Shown piece after piece: positions 60,444 to 64,000 of a stretch of 64,000 nucleotides of DNA. The stretch is from the NCBI GenBank assembly GCA_963782915.1, contig CAWALK010000012.1, forward strand, positions 96,001 through 160,000, given 5' to 3'. Each line of letters starts with the position of its first letter. Within the stretch, counting starts at the first letter, position 1. The DNA comes from an uncultured archaeon (GTDB taxonomy: Archaea; Thermoproteota; Bathyarchaeia; Bathyarchaeales; Bathycorpusculaceae). The position numbers and the translations under genes were made by a program. Under the pieces are notes generated by a model. The model worked only from the letters and a program-made list of their open reading frames with translations. It searched no databases and was not told the origin of the DNA.

Positions 60444-60698
60444 GTTAGTAATCGATAACTGCTTAAGATGTTGGTTCTCTTAAGCAACCACTTTTTTGCC
60501 TAAATATTTTGTTTTTGTATAGTTTTGCTGTTGGCGTAGAATTGCAGTCACATATTTTTAAATCACAGCCGCCTAGTCAGTTATGTTGTAAACCTATCAT
60601 AAGTCACTGCTTAACTCCTAAGCGATGACCAAAGGCCTCAAAATACGGCTAACTCAATTTTTCCTCATTCAATGGCTGATTGATAGGGAGGTGAAGAT

Positions 60699-61274
60699 AT
60701 GTCAAAAGTTTACAAACACGAAACCGAAGACGAAACAAAAAAACAACCTGACTACATCGAAGACTTAACTTCAACTTCAAGAGACATGAGAAGCGTAGAT
60801 GAACGCAACTACTCGGAAGAGACCTTGCAGGATGAAGCAGCACAAGAAAGCGATGATGATTGGGTAGAGAAGAATCAATCGCCATTGACAGGGCATATAT
60901 CTGGAACGATGGAGGAGCTTGAACGAATCCAAAGCTCACAAACGATGACCAGCGATGAAGTCCGTGAATGCCTAAAAGATTCACTTGATTGCTATCAAAG
61001 CTGCACAGAAACAACCATGCGTTGCCTATCTATGGGCGGCAAACATGCAGAACCCGAGCATATCAACCTGCTCATGGACTGCGCAAGAATCTGCAGTACC
61101 AACGCCGATTTCATGCAAAGGAACTCAACATATTATCCCCAAACATGCGGCATAACCGCTGACATATGTGATGAATGCGGAGACAACTGTGACAGGTTTG
61201 ATGAGGACTTCATGAAGGAATGCGCCAGCGTTTGCCGACGTTGTGCGGAGTCATGCCGTGAAATGGCAAGATAA
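60699..61274 (+). CDS. Four-helix-bundle copper storage protein (Csp3/DUF326-like) with long acidic N-terminal extension
   Basis: 14 Cys in CxxxC/CxxC spacing (DCARIC, CDECGDNC, CASVCRRCAESC). RBS GGAGGTG. Confidence 0.85.
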   Translation: MSKVYKHETEDETKKQPDYIEDLTSTSRDMRSVDERNYSEETLQDEAAQESDDDWVEKNQSPLTGHISGTMEELERIQSSQTMTSDEVRECLKDSLDCYQSCTETTMRCLSMGGKHAEPEHINLLMDCARICSTNADFMQRNSTYYPQTCGITADICDECGDNCDRFDEDFMKECASVCRRCAESCREMAR

Positions 61275-61330
61275 ACCAGTTTTCTACTTACCACTATTTT
61301 CTTGAGTGGTTTGGAGGTGAAGTATTTTTT

Positions 61331-61807
61331 ATGCAGGAAGAGATGAGAAAAGAACAAGACAAGTTAAGGGATAACGCAACAATCTATGATATACTAAAGA
61401 TTGAACATAAAGACGTCAAGAAACTGTTTAAGCAAATCATCGATGAACAGCGTTTCCAAGAAAATATTTACACTCAGATTAAAACTGCGCTGACGCTTCA
61501 TTTGGCTGGAGAAGAAAAATTTTTGTATCCACGCTTAGAAAACAACGCGGAAACCAGAGTGCTTGCCCTAGAATCCTATGAAGAGCATGATTTAGGAAGA
61601 AAAATCATCAATGACATTGACAATACCTCCGACATGGATGCCAAATATGCTAAAGTCAAAGTGTTAAGTGAAGCCATCAACATGCACGTGAAAGAGGAAG
61701 AAGATGAGCTTTTCAAGAAGGCCAAACGTGTGCTGTCTGATGAGGACGAACGGATGATTGCCAGTCAGTTCTTGAATGAGAAAATGGCGAATATGCCCAA
61801 GATGTAA
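61331..61807 (+). CDS. Hemerythrin/HHE domain protein
   Basis: EHKDV, HLAGEEKFLYP, EEH, HVKEEE. Confidence 0.88.
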   Translation: MQEEMRKEQDKLRDNATIYDILKIEHKDVKKLFKQIIDEQRFQENIYTQIKTALTLHLAGEEKFLYPRLENNAETRVLALESYEEHDLGRKIINDIDNTSDMDAKYAKVKVLSEAINMHVKEEEDELFKKAKRVLSDEDERMIASQFLNEKMANMPKM

Positions 61808-61876
61808 CCTTGCGTTGCCCAGGTTCCCTTTATTTTGAACTTTTCCAATCATTTTTTCATAAGGAAGGTGATATTT

Positions 61877-62035
61877 TTGCCTCCAAGAGGCGTTGAAAAC
61901 CCAAAACGCGAAAGACAATATGAACACATCAAAGAATCTGAGCTTAAGCGCGGCGTATCTGAAGAGGATGCCAAGCGTATAGCTGCAGCGACAGTGAATA
62001 AGACCCGTCGAGAAAAAGGTGAAACTAAAAGCTAA
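61877..62035 (+). CDS. Small KRERQYEHIKES-family protein (ChaB-like, common in bacteria)
   Basis: PKRERQYEHIKES..RG.S...AKRIAAATVNK. RBS GAAGGTG before a TTG start. Confidence 0.75.
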   Translation: MPPRGVENPKRERQYEHIKESELKRGVSEEDAKRIAAATVNKTRREKGETKS

Positions 62036-62118
62036 CCTGAGGCTTATCTGCTTGTGGATTATGCCCCAACCAAACTACAACTTAAAACCAGTTTAGAAAA
62101 GTCATTAGTATAATGCAT

Positions 62119-62165
62119 TGGTTGTTGTTGAGTAAAGGGCTACCTTGGCAACAACTACTATAGAA
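62119..62165. repeat. Hairpin element copy 3 (inverted relative to copies 1 and 2)
   Basis: Reverse complement is TTCTATAGTAGTTGTTGCCAAGGTAGCCCTTTACTCAACAACAACCA. Its first 17 nt are identical to copy 2. Confidence 0.8.
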
Positions 62166-62312
62166 TTAACCACAAAATCAAACGCTTTTTTCCCTAATTG
62201 ACCGTACCTTGTTGGCTGATTATTACCCAGAGCGCTGGGAAAAACTTATATCTACTGTTAGGATTGTTCAATTCCAGTTTATACTCAAAAAAATCAAATT
62301 GGTGAAGATGTT

Positions 62313-63992
62313 ATGTCACAAGGTGGAGGAAACATCCCCGTTCTAGTATTAAAAGAAGGCACAGGTAGAAGTACTGGCCGCGAAGCTCAAAGAAGTAACA
62401 TTATGGCTGCAAAAATCGTTGCTGAATCAGTAAAATCAACGCTTGGACCATGCGGCATGGACAAGATGCTCGTTAACAGCATGGGCGACGTTGCAATAAC
62501 CAACGACGGCGCAACCATCATGAAGGAACTTGATGTACAGCATCCAGCGGCAAAGATGCTTGTTGAAGTCGCAAAGGCACAAGATAACGAAGTCGGCGAC
62601 GGAACAACAACCGCAGTCATTCTTGCAGGTGAATTACTCGCAAAAGCCGAAGGCTTACTCGATAAGAATATTCACCCAACCGTCATCATAGAAGGCTACA
62701 AGAAGGCAAGCGAAAAAGCACAAGAAATCCTACAAACCATCGCTATGCCAGTTGCATTCGAAGACGAAAAAACACTCAAAGAAATCGCAATCACATCCAT
62801 ATCAAGCAAAAGCATCAACGTAGCTGAAGATCACTTCGCAAAAATCATCGTTGACTCAGTCAAACAAGTTTCCGAAAAAGTCGACAACAAATATGTTGCA
62901 GACATCGATTTAATCAAAATCGTTAAGAAACACGGCAAAAGCCTCGACGAAACCGAACTAGTCAAAGGCATGGTTCTTGACAAAGAAATCGCAAGCAGCG
63001 GCATGCCCAAATTGGTTGACGGCGCAAAAATCGCATTACTCAACGCTAAACTCGAAATCGAAAAAACCGAGTTCGACGCAAAAATCAACATTGAAAGCCC
63101 AGACCAAATGAAAATGTTCCTTGACGAAGAAGAACGTATGCTAAAAGAAATGGTTACCTCAGTCACCAAATCGGGTGCAAACGTTATCTTCTGCGAGAAA
63201 GGCATCGACGACATGGCACTTCACTTCCTTGGAAAAGCTGGCGTTATCGCAGTTAAAAGCGTCAGCAGCAGCGACATGGAAAAACTCAGCAAAGCAACAG
63301 GCGCAATGATTGTTGCATCTGTTAAAGAGTTAGCTCCAGCCGCGTTGGGTCAAGCTAAACGTGTTGAAGAGGTAAAAATCGGCGACGACAAACTCCTCTA
63401 CATCCGCGACTGCAAGAACCCCAAAGCCGTAACCATCGTTATCCGCGGTGCATCAAACCACGTCATCGACGAAGCAGAACGCAGCCTACACGACGGCTTA
63501 TGCGTTGTCCGCAACGTAATCGAAGACGGCAAAATCGTTGCAGGCGGCGGCTCACCCGAAGCTGAACTCTCAAAAGCCCTCAAAGCCTTCGCAGTACAAG
63601 TCGGCGGCAGAGAACAACTCGCAGTCGAAGCTTTCGCTGAAGCAGTCGAAGAAATCCCCTTGACCCTCGCAGAAAACGCAGGCTTAGACCCCATAGACAT
63701 CATGGTTGCACTCCGCGCTCAACACGAGAAAGCAGACAGCAAAACCTTTGGCATCGATGTCAACACAGGCAAAATCGTTGACATGCGCACCAAAATGGTT
63801 GTTGAACCCCTTCGCGTGAAGCAGCAAGCCATTAAATCAGCCACAGAAGCCACCAACATGATACTGAAGATCGATGATTTAATCAGCATCAAAGGCGGCA
63901 AAGGCCCCTCAATGCCTCCAGGAATGGGTGGCATGGGCGGTATGGGTGGCATGCCTCCAGGAATGGGCGGTATGGGCGGAATGCCCTACTAA
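62313..63992 (+). CDS. ths: Thermosome (group II chaperonin) subunit
   Basis: TLGP.GMDKML, TNDGATI, GDGTTT, GGG..E; GGM-repeat tail. Confidence 0.97.
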   Translation: MSQGGGNIPVLVLKEGTGRSTGREAQRSNIMAAKIVAESVKSTLGPCGMDKMLVNSMGDVAITNDGATIMKELDVQHPAAKMLVEVAKAQDNEVGDGTTTAVILAGELLAKAEGLLDKNIHPTVIIEGYKKASEKAQEILQTIAMPVAFEDEKTLKEIAITSISSKSINVAEDHFAKIIVDSVKQVSEKVDNKYVADIDLIKIVKKHGKSLDETELVKGMVLDKEIASSGMPKLVDGAKIALLNAKLEIEKTEFDAKINIESPDQMKMFLDEEERMLKEMVTSVTKSGANVIFCEKGIDDMALHFLGKAGVIAVKSVSSSDMEKLSKATGAMIVASVKELAPAALGQAKRVEEVKIGDDKLLYIRDCKNPKAVTIVIRGASNHVIDEAERSLHDGLCVVRNVIEDGKIVAGGGSPEAELSKALKAFAVQVGGREQLAVEAFAEAVEEIPLTLAENAGLDPIDIMVALRAQHEKADSKTFGIDVNTGKIVDMRTKMVVEPLRVKQQAIKSATEATNMILKIDDLISIKGGKGPSMPPGMGGMGGMGGMPPGMGGMGGMPY

Positions 63993-64000
63993 GCCAAAAA

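Noticed and set aside
60514-60552. Possible fourth hairpin-element copy (TATAGTTTTGCTGTTGGCGTAGAATTGC)
   Set aside because: Only the left arm resembles the element and the CAACAAC arm is missing, so it is too weak to call.
62117-62140. GGT TGT TGT TGA as selenocysteine in a third GCC(U)V peptide
   Set aside because: There is no credible upstream open frame and no recognisable SECIS. A point change in a non-coding repeat is simpler.
20-63952. Many short antisense or overlapping ORFs in the track (e.g. 2748..3119, 40871..41425, 56596..57135, 29688..30065)
   Set aside because: They are shadows of well-supported genes or repeats and have no recognisable motifs.
63910-63990. GGC/ATG tandem repeat
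   Set aside because: It is the ordinary GGM tail of a chaperonin.

Overview
This is an archaeal chromosomal window of roughly 45% GC by eye. It carries thermosome, prefoldin beta, DUF3194, a DGGGP synthase and archaeal-type cobY/cobZ/cobT. The gene content suggests Bathyarchaeia, which is an inference. About 2.4-46 kb forms a supercluster that interleaves three gene sets. The first is tetraether-lipid genes: DGGGP synthase, a Tes/GDGT-MAS-like radical SAM enzyme and a candidate GMGT-synthase-like rSAM/SPASM enzyme. The second is four B12-binding radical SAM paralogs plus five glycosyltransferases and an NDP-sugar epimerase. The third is a cobamide nucleotide-loop set (cbiB, cobD, cobT, cobZ, two cobS-cobY pairs, one of them with altered motifs) followed by an ECF AAT module. 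The rest holds surface proteins (PQQ-type beta-propellers, NosD-like), two toxin-antitoxin pairs, housekeeping genes and a bacterial-like GT4-GH/GH130/Csp3/hemerythrin stress block. Intergenic DNA carries unannotated repeats: a ~40-bp TATAAATAAGGGAGGGGGTAGG..CAGAGCAGCAAA unit (about 11 copies at 7 loci), a GTTGTTG..CAACAAC hairpin element (3 copies, two upstream of chaperone genes), and a TGTTCC-N6-GGAACA palindrome before two surface-protein genes. At least nine genes are split by small indels, most likely long-read consensus errors. I recognised no rRNA, tRNA, CRISPR array or transposase. All family calls come from motif recognition by eye; no searches were run.
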